In this document: positions 51,803-62,809 of the stretch, in pieces
How positions within the stretch are numbered: the stretch's first letter is position 1
How the letters are laid out: each line of letters opens with the position of its first letter
Assembly (NCBI GenBank): GCA_963515445.1
Contig: CAUPWR010000011.1
Location: 617 to 64,616 of the forward strand
Reading direction: 5' to 3'
Length of the DNA: 64,000 nucleotides
Source of the DNA: Haemophilus parainfluenzae
GTDB taxonomy: Bacteria > Pseudomonadota > Gammaproteobacteria > Enterobacterales > Pasteurellaceae
The notes under the pieces: model-generated
Database searches by the model: none
Seen by the model: the letters and a program-made list of their open reading frames with translations, nothing else
What the model was told of the DNA's origin: nothing
Translations under genes and position numbers: made by a program

Positions 51803-54644
51803 TGACTGCAATCCCCCGTTTTTTGTCTAAGTCTTTAGCAACCATCAATGCCGCATCTAACTCAGTACAGTTATGTTCCATCATTAATTGTTTACGTTGT
51901 GCTTTCTCGTGTTTTTCAGTCATCCCTAGTGCTAAGTAAAGACTAGGTGGAACAACACGGAATAAGGCTTCCATATTGGTTGCGAGCACCACACCTTCAG
52001 TATATTTCTTATCTGCTTTTTTCGCAGATAACAACATCATTTTCTGAGCTTCGGATAAACGACGGAAACGGTTTACCTGTTCGACTTCATCATTAGAAAG
52101 GTTAAGTAATTCCCACCATTCAACCATGCTGAGTAATTTATCAGATTCATCAGGGAAGTCAGCCATATTCTGTGTAGCTAACCATAACCAAATACCCAAT
52201 TTACGCCACATTTTAGAACCTTTAACCAGGAACTTAGCTAGAAGTGGATTTACGGTAATGATATGCGACTCATCCGTAATGTTCACGATAGGGCGGAAAC
52301 TGTGTTGATATTTTTCACCTAATGAGTTGATATGGTTAATTAGGGAAATATACGAAATCGCTAATTCAGCTTCATAGCCATCACGTGCAAACATCGCCAA
52401 ATCGACAAGTGTAATATCAGCTTCAGGCCAAATTTCCCCTTCACGGTTAAAGAATCGACCATTTACCCCAGTGCAGAAAATATCCATTGCTTCGGCCATA
52501 TCTGCAAGACGAGATGCACGTTCCGGGCGAATATCTTGGCGACGACTTAACTCCTCAAGTGCGGCTTTTACATCCCCGGTTAAAACTTGACGAGGTGGGG
52601 TCTCTTGTGAAGTTTTCTCTGCAGCTAATAAAATAGCCTGGCGAATAGCCGAGCGGTCAGCACGGCTCATTTTCTCATCTTCCTTCGCTTCTCCCCCGGT
52701 GATCATTAAGCGAGCGGTTAATTCCATTTCCGCAAGTAAGTCTCGTTGTTCCTCGCCTTCATCTTCATTATCGTCATCATCTTGAACTTCAAGATCGATA
52801 TCCATTTCCAATAAACGATGCGCTTCAGAGAAGAGCGGTAAAGCGATGTTACTACTTGGCTCAAGAGATACCCGGTTAACCGTTAAACCGTAACGCTCCG
52901 CATAATCTGAAAACAATCCAAAAGAGTTACCTGCTTCTACAATAAACAAGCGAGGACGGTGCACCGCCATCAGTTGTGCCATTTGTGCGGTTAATGTTGC
53001 CGATTTACCTGAACCTGTAGGGCCTAAAATGAGCTTATGCGCATTTTTAGTCCGGTCTTTAGGGTTTAGTGGGTCAAAATCTAATGGGCTTCCACCGCGG
53101 TTAAAATAGGTGATTCCTGGGTGTCCCGTTCCGGTCTCACGGCCAAATACAGGTAACATATTCGCAATGTGTTGCACCCAATAATATTTGGTATAAAAAC
53201 GAGATTTTGCATCTAATTGAGGATTAAAATTCATCGGTAGCCAGCGTAAATAGCTATTAAGAGGCGCAACTTCGTTGCCTTCTTTTACCGGCACTAAATT
53301 ATTACTGAGTAAAACCGTTCTTAATTCTCTTGAGCGAATGCGTAGCTCTTGATCGTCTTTCCCTCTTACATAGAAAACCATGCCAGCTTGATAAAGCTTG
53401 TGTCCGTCTTTTAAATATTCCGTTACTGTGAGGGCATCTTGTTTTAAATAGATAGACTCATAGTTATTACCGACAGCTCGACTACTTAATTTGTCTAAAT
53501 GCGCCTGTAATTTATCTTGAGGATGAATGACTACAGTGATAGCCATAATGGTTGATTCCGGCAATAAATCAAATAGTGCATTAATATTACGACCTCGAGT
53601 GACTTCGCCTGTCATGTGGCCAACATCCGGCTGCTTACGAATATTATCAACTACAATGACTTCGTGAGGTTGCTCATTAAAATACCAATAGCCATTTTTA
53701 CTTTCCGGTGGCGTAAAAAAGAGATTTTCACTAAAATCTTGGTCTTGTAATGGTAGAGCAGATTCATCCTTAGAGAGTGATAAAAGATCATAGCAAGCTT
53801 TATCATCGAGTCCGTTAAAATAGCGTGATGGATTTGGATTAAACCATTCTAATAACCAACGATGAATTTGTGTTTCATTTTGGCGTTCCATGGTTAATCC
53901 AGCTGTGATAAAAGCACTTTGAACACGATCACAAGCTGTATTTAATTTCTCGATTGTATCTGTCTCATTATTTCCAGCATAACGATAAATAACCATGCGT
54001 GTTTTACGCACTTTTCCAGCCCATGCCGTATTTGTTACCCGGTCATCAACAAAAAGCCCACCTGGTTTACCTACTGCTTTTAAGTGACGCTCCATTTCAC
54101 CAAGCCACTGTTCTGTAAACTCACTACCGCTCGCTTCAGGTGAAGTGGTTTTAATGTACTGTCTCAGATTCTCAACATAACCGCTTAAATCCTTGTCATC
54201 CTGGCAATAGAATTGTACAACGTAAGGGTTGGTATCAAGTTCATCGAAACTATCCTGTAAGGCATCTTTAACCAATGTGCGAACGCGATTAAGATAGTCG
54301 CTGCTTCTTCCCTCAGTTCCTATAGGCTTAATATCAAATACCGCACCTGCACTTTTAGCATCATCAAAAAGCATTACGCCTTCTTCTTCCAAATATTCCG
54401 CATAAGGAAGATTGGAGATAAAAGAGGGATCGCGCCCATAAAGCATTTTAACATGTTGCTCTCTGGTCATTTTTCTATTACGCATAACAGGAGTGATTTC
54501 AATCGTCTCTTCTACGTTATTGGTATCATCCTGCTGTGCTTCTTCCGGTGCAATGGATGTTAGGATAGGTTCCTTTTTAGGTTGAGGCTTATCACCTTTT
54601 TTAGCAGGGAAGAAAGCCTCTAACACGTCTTGGAATAATGCCAT
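51774..54644 (-). CDS. traC: VirB4/TraC-like conjugative ATPase (TIGR03744-like)
   Basis: GPTGSGKS, TDESH, KMWRKLG.W.WLATQ. Confidence 0.92.
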   Translation of the reverse strand: MALFQDVLEAFFPAKKGDKPQPKKEPILTSIAPEEAQQDDTNNVEETIEITPVMRNRKMTREQHVKMLYGRDPSFISNLPYAEYLEEEGVMLFDDAKSAGAVFDIKPIGTEGRSSDYLNRVRTLVKDALQDSFDELDTNPYVVQFYCQDDKDLSGYVENLRQYIKTTSPEASGSEFTEQWLGEMERHLKAVGKPGGLFVDDRVTNTAWAGKVRKTRMVIYRYAGNNETDTIEKLNTACDRVQSAFITAGLTMERQNETQIHRWLLEWFNPNPSRYFNGLDDKACYDLLSLSKDESALPLQDQDFSENLFFTPPESKNGYWYFNEQPHEVIVVDNIRKQPDVGHMTGEVTRGRNINALFDLLPESTIMAITVVIHPQDKLQAHLDKLSSRAVGNNYESIYLKQDALTVTEYLKDGHKLYQAGMVFYVRGKDDQELRIRSRELRTVLLSNNLVPVKEGNEVAPLNSYLRWLPMNFNPQLDAKSRFYTKYYWVQHIANMLPVFGRETGTGHPGITYFNRGGSPLDFDPLNPKDRTKNAHKLILGPTGSGKSATLTAQMAQLMAVHRPRLFIVEAGNSFGLFSDYAERYGLTVNRVSLEPSSNIALPLFSEAHRLLEMDIDLEVQDDDDNEDEGEEQRDLLAEMELTARLMITGGEAKEDEKMSRADRSAIRQAILLAAEKTSQETPPRQVLTGDVKAALEELSRRQDIRPERASRLADMAEAMDIFCTGVNGRFFNREGEIWPEADITLVDLAMFARDGYEAELAISYISLINHINSLGEKYQHSFRPIVNITDESHIITVNPLLAKFLVKGSKMWRKLGIWLWLATQNMADFPDESDKLLSMVEWWELLNLSNDEVEQVNRFRRLSEAQKMMLLSAKKADKKYTEGVVLATNMEALFRVVPPSLYLALGMTEKHEKAQRKQLMMEHNCTELDAALMVAKDLDKKRGIAVNDELNSIAA

Positions 54645-54659
54645 CGTTTCTTACCTCAT

Positions 54660-55067
54660 CTAGTACATTCTTGTACGCTCACCCGGTTGGGCATATTGCA
54701 CACGTCCATAAAATGGAATTACTGAAGAATAACCTGGTACAGGCATTTGCTCTGAGGAATCAGTTAAGTGCGGATAAACATACATCACTAAATCAGGGTT
54801 TGGTAAACGAGGGAAAAGATTTTTCACCTCGTTTTCTGCTGTACGGGTATAAGTTTGTTGTTCACGAGATGAAACGTAATTTGGTGCATCAATAAGACGG
54901 CCATTCGGTGTCCGATAAGATGTAATATTGCTATCATTACCGCCTCGATTCCAAATATCTTTCATTGTTGCATCGCCTGTTGGCAATAAATCACCTTGAG
55001 AAGTTGAGCAGCCAGTCAAAACACTGCTTGCGGCTAAAATCACGCCCATCATCATTAAAACTTTCAT
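54660..55067 (-). CDS. Conjugative transfer lipoprotein (TIGR03751-like)
   Basis: Lipobox LTGC; FPRLPNPDLVMYVYPHL. Confidence 0.85.
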   Translation of the reverse strand: MKVLMMMGVILAASSVLTGCSTSQGDLLPTGDATMKDIWNRGGNDSNITSYRTPNGRLIDAPNYVSSREQQTYTRTAENEVKNLFPRLPNPDLVMYVYPHLTDSSEQMPVPGYSSVIPFYGRVQYAQPGERTRMY

Positions 55068-55076
55068 TATTGCTCC

Positions 55077-56477
55077 TTAATCCAAGTTAGATTGTCTTGA
55101 GGCTTGTCCGTATTTCACTTTTCGAGACATGCGGTCATAATCAATATCAATTTGTTTTTCGATGTGTACAGCCACTTCTTTACCCGGTGGAACATATACC
55201 GCATCAAACATTTGGCCATAACGCTGACGGAACCAGTCTGCTGTTTCTCTCAAACCGCCACCTAACGCTTGACCAAGAATATACTTACCGTTATTACCCG
55301 TTACCGCACCAATTACTGCACCGCCATCAACCACTGTTGTTGATTGAGAAGATGATAAGCCTTGTGCAGCTGCTGAAGCCCCCGTTAAGAAGAAGTTGGT
55401 CGTTAGATATTCCGGAGCATTTGTTCTGCGTTCTCCAGGAATGCAAGGCACACCATGTGGATCAGATAACCAGCCAATTTTATCGTCAGAATTGTCTGTT
55501 GAAACAATGCGGCCATCGCTAAACACAAAAGTTAAGCTTTTCACATCACCACGAACACAAGATAGCGTCCAGTCACCGCTTGCTGTTCCAGAGACAATTG
55601 CGCCTTCAATATCCGGCAGTTCAATGCCATTTGCAATTAAGTTATCTCGACCAATAAGCAATTTAAACGGATAAGGCTCGGTTACCTTATTGTCAATCGG
55701 CACACGCCCAACAAGCGCAGTCATAGCAACAGAATTAGTTAAAGTAGAGTTAGCTGCAATTGTGAAAAATGGTGTAGCGGTATTAAATATTGCATTATTA
55801 CCTGTACTAGATTGCAACCCATCATTAGATTTTCGGATGTCATTCACATTGTTATCGAAGGTTTTGGGAAAACCGATTCCTGCACCATTTACACCAATAC
55901 CTTGTAGAGCATTCCCTTGTCTGTCTGTAGTTGGCATATCACTAGGGTTCACCCAATTAATTCCCCCTCGAGTTTCAACCTGAGGGCCAGTTGTTGCTCC
56001 GTTTATTGGTAGAGGAGCATTGGGATTTGCCTGGGCATTTCCATTCCCTACAACTTGATTACCAGCTTGTACAACCTGATCTTTTAACGCATTAATCTCA
56101 TTAATTAACGCCCCTGTTTCTGCTTGTACCGCCTGTTGAATTTGATAATCCGTATTGTTTGCTTGATTTTTTAACTGCTCATTCTCTTTTACCAAGCGTT
56201 CATTTTGTAAAATCACTTCATCAAATCGCTTATTATGCTCTTTCACTTTACCTATAAGTGTTCTTACCGTATCTTTAGATGTGTCACCCTCAATCCCCAT
56301 TGCTCGTAATTCTTCCGGTGATAAATCTTTAAAAGAGATATCTAAAGTATCTTCTTTCTTGGTTTCTGCTGTATTTGTTGAACTACTACCGGAGAAAAGA
56401 AATCCAGCCATCAGCGTCACGACAAGAGCGGTAATCCCACCAATAACATAGAACGCTTTATTTGCTTTCATTTGCAT
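55077..56477 (-). CDS. VirB10/TraB-like ICE protein (TIGR03752-like)
   Basis: N-terminal TM, coiled coil, MTALVGRVP, GDWTLSCVRG, FDAVYVPPG. Confidence 0.85.
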   Translation of the reverse strand: MQMKANKAFYVIGGITALVVTLMAGFLFSGSSSTNTAETKKEDTLDISFKDLSPEELRAMGIEGDTSKDTVRTLIGKVKEHNKRFDEVILQNERLVKENEQLKNQANNTDYQIQQAVQAETGALINEINALKDQVVQAGNQVVGNGNAQANPNAPLPINGATTGPQVETRGGINWVNPSDMPTTDRQGNALQGIGVNGAGIGFPKTFDNNVNDIRKSNDGLQSSTGNNAIFNTATPFFTIAANSTLTNSVAMTALVGRVPIDNKVTEPYPFKLLIGRDNLIANGIELPDIEGAIVSGTASGDWTLSCVRGDVKSLTFVFSDGRIVSTDNSDDKIGWLSDPHGVPCIPGERRTNAPEYLTTNFFLTGASAAAQGLSSSQSTTVVDGGAVIGAVTGNNGKYILGQALGGGLRETADWFRQRYGQMFDAVYVPPGKEVAVHIEKQIDIDYDRMSRKVKYGQASRQSNLD

Positions 56478-56487
56478 TGTTCGCTCC

Positions 56488-57357
56488 TTATTTTGTTTGA
56501 GTTGTCACTGTTGTGGTGACTTTTTTCAATTTTTTCGGTTTATATGAATTTGACTGAGGGATAACAGAATGATTAGGTGAACCTTCTGTCACAAGATATA
56601 ACGTTGTGGTATCTTCAGGTGTATCATGCCCCCCAAGCCAATTATGCTGAAATGTTGCTGCATAGAATCGACCTTGAAGCTCTCGAGGATCTAAATCAAT
56701 GCGAGATTGCCCCTGGTTTTGCAAGCGAACCGCAGTGACAACATACTCATCAAGTTGCCAGCTGAGTAATGGAGTAGCTCGCACAGGCAATGCAGGTAAG
56801 AGCGTTTTAAGCGGTGTAGGAAGGCGATGTGAAACTTGGCGCACACCTTCCAAAGGCTCAACTGAACGTAAAGGCGCATAAAACATTTGTGCGGCATAAC
56901 GTGTTAATGCAGCTGGAGCGGGGAGTGCCGGACGCGCATTTGGCATTGGTTCGTTATATGCATTTGCATCTTGGCCATAAGCAGTTGTTTGTTTTTCAAC
57001 TTTATTTTCATAAACAAAGCGAATTGGCTCACTTGCATTGGCAACAGAATGCTTCGCTTGCACATCAAGTAAGATTATTTCTCCAGTTGCAACATCCATA
57101 AGCTGCAAGCGTGTTTTTGGGAAATCTGCAGTTGCTTTTAAATAAACCGCACCGCCAGTTGATTGAATGCGAAGCTTGCTATCTAATTCAGGTGGATAAC
57201 CTACTTTTACATTTTTATCTACGAATAGAATACGTTCTTTTTCGATTTGTAAGTCAATAGGTAACGGTTTGCGCGCCCATTTCATTAACACATCGGCAGA
57301 TGCCGTCATTGGTGAAAAGATAAAAGCCGCGCTTAGTAACAAAGTGAGTTTTTTCAT
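56488..57357 (-). CDS. ICE secreted protein (TIGR03749-like)
   Basis: Signal peptide, LTRYAAQ..YAPLR, LDPRELQG, TTTLYLV. Confidence 0.82.
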   Translation of the reverse strand: MKKLTLLLSAAFIFSPMTASADVLMKWARKPLPIDLQIEKERILFVDKNVKVGYPPELDSKLRIQSTGGAVYLKATADFPKTRLQLMDVATGEIILLDVQAKHSVANASEPIRFVYENKVEKQTTAYGQDANAYNEPMPNARPALPAPAALTRYAAQMFYAPLRSVEPLEGVRQVSHRLPTPLKTLLPALPVRATPLLSWQLDEYVVTAVRLQNQGQSRIDLDPRELQGRFYAATFQHNWLGGHDTPEDTTTLYLVTEGSPNHSVIPQSNSYKPKKLKKVTTTVTTQTK

Positions 57358-58001
57358 TATTGGTTATCCCCTTCTCTAAATTCTTTTGCTTCTAAACGTA
57401 ATGGAATTGAGCTGTAGCAGTTAAATCCCAATCCCCAAGGATTGTTCTGTAAATCTGTTTCCATGCGCACGATATTGACCGGGAAGCGGGTTAAAACACG
57501 TTTTACTGGTTCATCTTTGAAATACTCATCTACACTTAAATCAAGATTAACCGTCCAGCTATCTGGACTATGCACAATAACGCTACTGTCTTTAAATCCA
57601 CGTCCCACAATTTCATAAACACCACGTGCACGTTCACGTAATTCACCGTTAGATAAACGGTCATAGTAGTCTTTCTTCAAAAATTCTTGGCAACTTGGCG
57701 TAATAAAGGCTTTATTTCTTTCAATATTTAATTTGTATTCTTCCTCGCCATTCTCCATCCAGCGGTTTAACTGCTGGAAGGTTTGATAAGCAAAGGCATA
57801 AACGGTTGATTTTGGCACTTCCCACCAAGGGCGTTGACTTCCCGCACGTAAATCCGGTGGGTTATAAATCATTAATCGACTTGGTGCGGTAAAAATAATG
57901 GCACATAGCACCAAACAAATCACAAGCAATGCACCGATAGCAATTCGCCCGGTCATGATTTCGCGATTTTTTTGATGAACAATCCCTTTTAAGTTACTCA
58001 T
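57357..58001 (-). CDS. ICE protein (TIGR03746-like)
   Basis: PPDLRAGS..WWEVP, FQQLNRW, NPWGL. Confidence 0.82.
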   Translation of the reverse strand: MSNLKGIVHQKNREIMTGRIAIGALLVICLVLCAIIFTAPSRLMIYNPPDLRAGSQRPWWEVPKSTVYAFAYQTFQQLNRWMENGEEEYKLNIERNKAFITPSCQEFLKKDYYDRLSNGELRERARGVYEIVGRGFKDSSVIVHSPDSWTVNLDLSVDEYFKDEPVKRVLTRFPVNIVRMETDLQNNPWGLGFNCYSSIPLRLEAKEFREGDNQ

Positions 58002-58012
58002 AATAAACTCTC

Positions 58013-58384
58013 TTATTTTTTAACTCGGCGAATAGACCAAGTGCCTTGACGGGAGATAAAGCGATTCCCCCCTAATATTCCATCTAATTTAACCTCAATC
58101 ATTCGATTCAAGTAGGCTTCCGGCTTACCTCGTTTAAGGCGCGCAATAATCACTTTGCCAATCACCACAGAAAGAATGCAAAACAACATGGCGAGAGACG
58201 GAATTAACAACCAAAAATCAAAGCCTAAGGCAAAACAACAAAGGAGGCCAAGCACTGCACCCAAGATAAATCCCATTGCTGCAGCCAACATAAATTCACT
58301 TACAGATAACCCGCCATACACACTCGATTCACGATTTAATCGAGTAGGAAGAAAGGGGATTGTTTGTTCTTTATCGCTTGACAT
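58013..58384 (-). CDS. ICE membrane protein (TIGR03750-like)
   Basis: FLP.RLN.E, RLKRGKPE, W..RR C-terminus. Confidence 0.82.
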   Translation of the reverse strand: MSSDKEQTIPFLPTRLNRESSVYGGLSVSEFMLAAAMGFILGAVLGLLCCFALGFDFWLLIPSLAMLFCILSVVIGKVIIARLKRGKPEAYLNRMIEVKLDGILGGNRFISRQGTWSIRRVKK

Positions 58385-58403
58385 CTTGACCTCGCAGAGA
58401 TAA

Positions 58404-58805
58404 TTAAAACAGACCGATAGCCAATTTCACCAACCAGAGGCTGAAGAAAATTAAAATGAAACCAAGAATAAGAGCGATAATAAATGGGCCCCATCCTTTT
58501 TTGTCATTTTCGTCAGTCGCTGCGTTATAGGTTTTAATTAATGCCTTAACCACTGTCATGATTGACCATGCTGCAAATAAAATTGCACACAAGGTTGCCA
58601 ATGATTTAGCAACAAGATAGATGATTTCCATCGGGTCTTTGGTATTGCTATCTACGCCTGGGATTTTAAAATCAGGGATTTTAGAGGCATTGATACCATT
58701 ACCACCGCCTGTAGCAAACGCATTTTCAACGGATAACCAAAGTAAAGTTACTACCGCAAGAAAACGACTTGAAACATTCTGAAAGAAGGATTTAATCAAC
58801 TTCAT
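58404..58805 (-). CDS. ICE membrane/pilin-like protein (TIGR03745-like)
   Basis: Signal peptide plus 2 TM, synteny. Confidence 0.7.
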   Translation of the reverse strand: MKLIKSFFQNVSSRFLAVVTLLWLSVENAFATGGGNGINASKIPDFKIPGVDSNTKDPMEIIYLVAKSLATLCAILFAAWSIMTVVKALIKTYNAATDENDKKGWGPFIIALILGFILIFFSLWLVKLAIGLF

Positions 58806-58824
58806 GAGATGTCCTTATGGTTTG

Positions 58825-59070
58825 TTAAATAAAAAAGCTGACAACACATATAATTAATGCTGCGCCCCATAGAATCAGTTTAAAGAATGACCAAATATCA
58901 CCGTCGTTCACCATGCCTTTGTAGCCATGATTAGTTGCCCACATATACGCAAGCAGTAATACGACAACCAAAATAATGGCCAGCATGATTTTCAGTTTTA
59001 GCGGGTCTAAACCACTTACAGTATAAAAACTGTCTAATGGTGAAACAGAAGGGAAATTAGCGTTACTCAT
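58825..59070 (-). CDS. Small ICE membrane protein (TIGR03758-like)
   Basis: F...SG..P, 2 TM, synteny. Confidence 0.7.
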   Translation of the reverse strand: MSNANFPSVSPLDSFYTVSGLDPLKLKIMLAIILVVVLLLAYMWATNHGYKGMVNDGDIWSFFKLILWGAALIICVVSFFI

Positions 59071-59073
59071 CTG

Positions 59074-59394
59074 CTATTGACTCCGAAGATTGAGATAATC
59101 TTCTTTTAAGTTACGAATAGCTTTAGGATTTCTAGGGATTGCCCGGGAAGGGTTAATATATTGCTTAATCCCTGCCTGTACCGTAGCAATATCTTGATGT
59201 GCTGAAGCGTAATCAAAATATTCACGACTTTTCGCAGAAACCTTTGCACTTGCAGCTGCTCGCTGTAATGAGAGTTTTGCTGCATCCAACTGTTTAATTG
59301 CTTGCGCTAAATGCTCTTGCTCTGTTGCTTGAGCACTTATAGCGCCAAACAATAACCCTATTGCTAGAGATAAACTGAAAATATTTTTAGTCAC
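59074..59394 (-). CDS. RAQPRD-family ICE protein
   Basis: Signal peptide, YFDY, YINPSRAIPRN; GTG start after AAGGAG. Confidence 0.8.
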   Translation of the reverse strand: MTKNIFSLSLAIGLLFGAISAQATEQEHLAQAIKQLDAAKLSLQRAAASAKVSAKSREYFDYASAHQDIATVQAGIKQYINPSRAIPRNPKAIRNLKEDYLNLRSQ

Positions 59395-59554
59395 GGAGAA
59401 CTCCTTACTTGAAACAGATTCCAAGCAAAGAGTGCCAAAGAAGAGAGGGAAATTTAATGAGAAACTCTTTTTAAATTCAAAACAGTTTTTAGTGATAAAA
59501 AAGGGCGCTTATTCTTGGAAAAATAAGCACCCATAATGACAACATAGAGGAATA

Positions 59555-60241
59555 TTAAAGGTATTTTTTAAAGCTCGCTGCCGTTACACAGATGGATAGT
59601 CCAAATAGAAATGCAGCTGGCACCAAAATTATATTCGGGTAAATAGAAATTGGGATAGAAAGATACAATACCCATGCCGACAACATAATCGGGCCAATTA
59701 ATCGACGTGCATGATGATAAAGAAAACTAGACTCTCTGCCCGCACCAAATTTACGACGGTCACGCATCATTAACCCTTCAGTAAAGCCCGCAAATGCGGC
59801 TAACAAAAAGAGTGGGGAAGTAAAAACAATCACTACAAGTCGAATAACAAAGGTGATAAAAACATAAATCACTGACTCAATATACGCTCGCCCATAATGA
59901 TACACCCACAAACCTACGCCACTATGCTCACGAGGGTTGGCTAACCAATCTTTTACACCTGTTTTCACAAAAAGCCATTCATGTAATGACAAAATAAGAC
60001 CTTCAGCCAGCTCTTTTGGAGAATGATAGAAAAGACCTCTCGTTAGACTATCAGAAAGCCATCCAAGCTCAGTTAGCATCATTTTTTGACTGTGTAAATG
60101 ACCTTCTTCAGGCCATAAAAATGCAATACCTAACCATTCAAGAATAATGCTCAAAATCAGGGAACCCAATAAGGCGGCTAATACCGCATTAATGTAGTAA
60201 AAAAGACCCTTTTTCTTTTTTTTGACTTGTTGTTCTGCCAT
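59555..60241 (-). CDS. ICE membrane protein (TIGR03747-like)
   Basis: RD.RKFGAGRESSFLYH motif. Confidence 0.85.
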   Translation of the reverse strand: MAEQQVKKKKKGLFYYINAVLAALLGSLILSIILEWLGIAFLWPEEGHLHSQKMMLTELGWLSDSLTRGLFYHSPKELAEGLILSLHEWLFVKTGVKDWLANPREHSGVGLWVYHYGRAYIESVIYVFITFVIRLVVIVFTSPLFLLAAFAGFTEGLMMRDRRKFGAGRESSFLYHHARRLIGPIMLSAWVLYLSIPISIYPNIILVPAAFLFGLSICVTAASFKKYL

Positions 60242-60576
60242 TACTGTAATGTTCCCGCTGGAGATAATTTACAGTGAAAGAAAAGATAACCTTTTACTTC
60301 ACCGTCTAAAAAAATTTGAATTGCCTGGATGCCATTTTCAGATTTTTTTACATCATTAGCCGTCCAAAGTGAGATGCCTTTATTTGCATACTTTTTCGCA
60401 AATTCATGTGTGGTATAACGCTGATTATTCCAATCTTCCAAATAAGGTAAAAAGTAATTAAGTAATTCATCAGCGTTTTCCAGCCCACAAGAACAGCTAG
60501 TGACTGAATTGAAATCTACGCTCATATCCGGAATATCAAGCAAGTTCATATCCGGCTGATTAATTATCTGTGTCAT
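60241..60576 (-). CDS. Hypothetical ICE protein
   Basis: ATG at 60576 with GAGGA RBS inside the 3' end of traD. Confidence 0.6.
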   Translation of the reverse strand: MTQIINQPDMNLLDIPDMSVDFNSVTSCSCGLENADELLNYFLPYLEDWNNQRYTTHEFAKKYANKGISLWTANDVKKSENGIQAIQIFLDGEVKGYLFFHCKLSPAGTLQ

Positions 60577-62809
60577 CAAAATCATCCTCATCTGTATCAT
60601 CATTCTGATCAATATCTTCATCTTCCATATCTTCAGCAACTGGAGCTTCAACATCCCCGAAAAGCATTTCTTCTCCTGCGTGTGAAGGCGCTCGATTTAA
60701 TGACATTGACTGAAAAGCGGTTGCTATATCTTGACTTGGCGCATAATCAGAAAATGCAGATTGCCACCAATTTGGAGAAATATGGTAGTTTTTGCGCATA
60801 TAAGCCGTCAATTCTTGAAGTGATTCCGGCATCACATCATCTTTATCAACCGCAGGTAAAGGCATTCTTAATTTATAAAGCGTACTCCCTTCAAGAAGAG
60901 CAAATGCCTGTCCTTTTGGTAAATTTGTAATATGTGCTGGCGATAGCATTGGCACCATTTTTTCAGAAATACGTTCACCAGTATTAGAAGTAAACGCCTT
61001 GCCATCATCCGGATTGCTGTTATCTGTCGTACTTGATGTCACCATGCTTTGATAAATTGTGACATCGTTGAGCTGACGCGTTAAAAACTCTGCAGTGGCC
61101 GGCTCTTTTACCCGGAACATTAAAAGTGTATTGAAGTTACCTGTTGTTTGTCCCGTTTTTGCCTTACTTCCAATACGAGCTTCAATATCTGAAAGTGTTT
61201 GAGTATAGGCTGTTACCTGCATTCCCGCACCACGACCTTTATTGATCAGCGGGATAAATTCATCCCCCATCAATTCATTGAACTCATCGCAATGAAGGTT
61301 GATTTTAGGCGGTTTGCTTTTAGTTTTAAATGCATCTGGCAACCCCTCATCTACGCCAAATTTATAAATATGACCAGCCATTGATACCAAATCAGCAAAC
61401 ATACTATTACCCACAGCTGCAGCTACGGTCGCATCGGATAATGCATCTAATCCAACGTAAACAATCCCTCTTTTACGAATAATAGATTCCCAATCAAAGA
61501 TAGGGCGCTCATCATGAATATCAGTGTAATCAGGCGAGAGAAGCTCTGCAGTTTTACCTGTAGTGAGTTTTTCAAGTAACGGTAAAAGCGATGCCACAAT
61601 TTTATCAAAATAGGTTTTATCGTAACGTACCGCACTTGATAACCCTTCAAGTACCGGGTCAAAAATCTTATTCTCTAAAATATATTGGTTAATAACAGCA
61701 ATCAGCGGTCTATCTTTCATCGAGAACGGTAAATTTTTTACATCTAAGTTAGCCGCAACCGAAGCCAACGTTGGCCATATTTTCTTATCTACGGCATCAA
61801 AATGAAGTTTGGCGTAATCTAAGAAAAGTGCATCAATATTTTGCACAAAACGCGAGATTTGCACATAGTCCGGGCGTTTTCCCATTTCAACCAATGCACG
61901 GGAGACAATATTCACAAAACGCCACGCAAACTCTTTAAATGCTGCACTATTTCCCGCACCACTTAATTGCCCAGAAATACGTCCTGCCACTTCAGAAATT
62001 CGACCGAAGCGACCAACTGGGTTATATCGAGCAGAAATTTCCGGATGCCCTAAATGGAATACATAAAATTCATTTTCACGCCCCGCACGTTTTGCTTCTG
62101 CATACATTCGTTTTAACATATCCGGGTCGCCTTTCGGATCAAAAAAGACAACCACTTCACGCTCTTCAGGTGTTTTACCTCGATGTATATCTTGTGTAAC
62201 AAGCACTTCAGCAAAACGCGTTTTCCCTACGCCAGTTGTACCAAATACTAAGGTATGACCGCCACGGTCGCCTAACGGAAGCATAATATCGCGTTCATTC
62301 GGCTCCACACCATGCATCACTGGAATGCCGCCAACTGGCGGTAGCGGTCTGACTGGATTTAATGGAGAGTCCATTGAAGTGAGTCTAGATAACCAATTAT
62401 CATGCACTTTTTCATAATCACGAGCGGCTTTAAACCACTTCCCATTTTTCCAATAAATTTGCCCATTTGCAGAGAAACAGTCATAAAGACGTTGCGTATG
62501 CTTTGGTTCCCATTCAAAGCCTCGTCCTAAGAACAAGGCTTTTTTACTTACTGGAATTTGACGACTGGTCAAAGCATAGTGAGGGAGTCTGCGTAAATTT
62601 CGGTGATAGCGTACAATTTCCATGCCTTGACGAAAACGCATAACCCCCATACCTGCGAAAGCGGCCCCTAATCCATATCCAATAAGAGGATTTAATGCGA
62701 GCGACCAAGGCGCACCGCAACAAACCAAAGCACAAGTACCATGGACGGCAGCTGGAAAAAATTCAACAGGCGGTCTAAGTAAACCTTCTAATACATGTTT
62801 TTGACTCAT
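60560..62809 (-). CDS. traD: Type IV coupling protein TraD (PFGI-1 class)
   Basis: GTTGVGKT, FDPKGD, HCDEFNE, NKGRGAG, acidic tail. Confidence 0.92.
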   Translation of the reverse strand: MSQKHVLEGLLRPPVEFFPAAVHGTCALVCCGAPWSLALNPLIGYGLGAAFAGMGVMRFRQGMEIVRYHRNLRRLPHYALTSRQIPVSKKALFLGRGFEWEPKHTQRLYDCFSANGQIYWKNGKWFKAARDYEKVHDNWLSRLTSMDSPLNPVRPLPPVGGIPVMHGVEPNERDIMLPLGDRGGHTLVFGTTGVGKTRFAEVLVTQDIHRGKTPEEREVVVFFDPKGDPDMLKRMYAEAKRAGRENEFYVFHLGHPEISARYNPVGRFGRISEVAGRISGQLSGAGNSAAFKEFAWRFVNIVSRALVEMGKRPDYVQISRFVQNIDALFLDYAKLHFDAVDKKIWPTLASVAANLDVKNLPFSMKDRPLIAVINQYILENKIFDPVLEGLSSAVRYDKTYFDKIVASLLPLLEKLTTGKTAELLSPDYTDIHDERPIFDWESIIRKRGIVYVGLDALSDATVAAAVGNSMFADLVSMAGHIYKFGVDEGLPDAFKTKSKPPKINLHCDEFNELMGDEFIPLINKGRGAGMQVTAYTQTLSDIEARIGSKAKTGQTTGNFNTLLMFRVKEPATAEFLTRQLNDVTIYQSMVTSSTTDNSNPDDGKAFTSNTGERISEKMVPMLSPAHITNLPKGQAFALLEGSTLYKLRMPLPAVDKDDVMPESLQELTAYMRKNYHISPNWWQSAFSDYAPSQDIATAFQSMSLNRAPSHAGEEMLFGDVEAPVAEDMEDEDIDQNDDTDEDDFDDTDN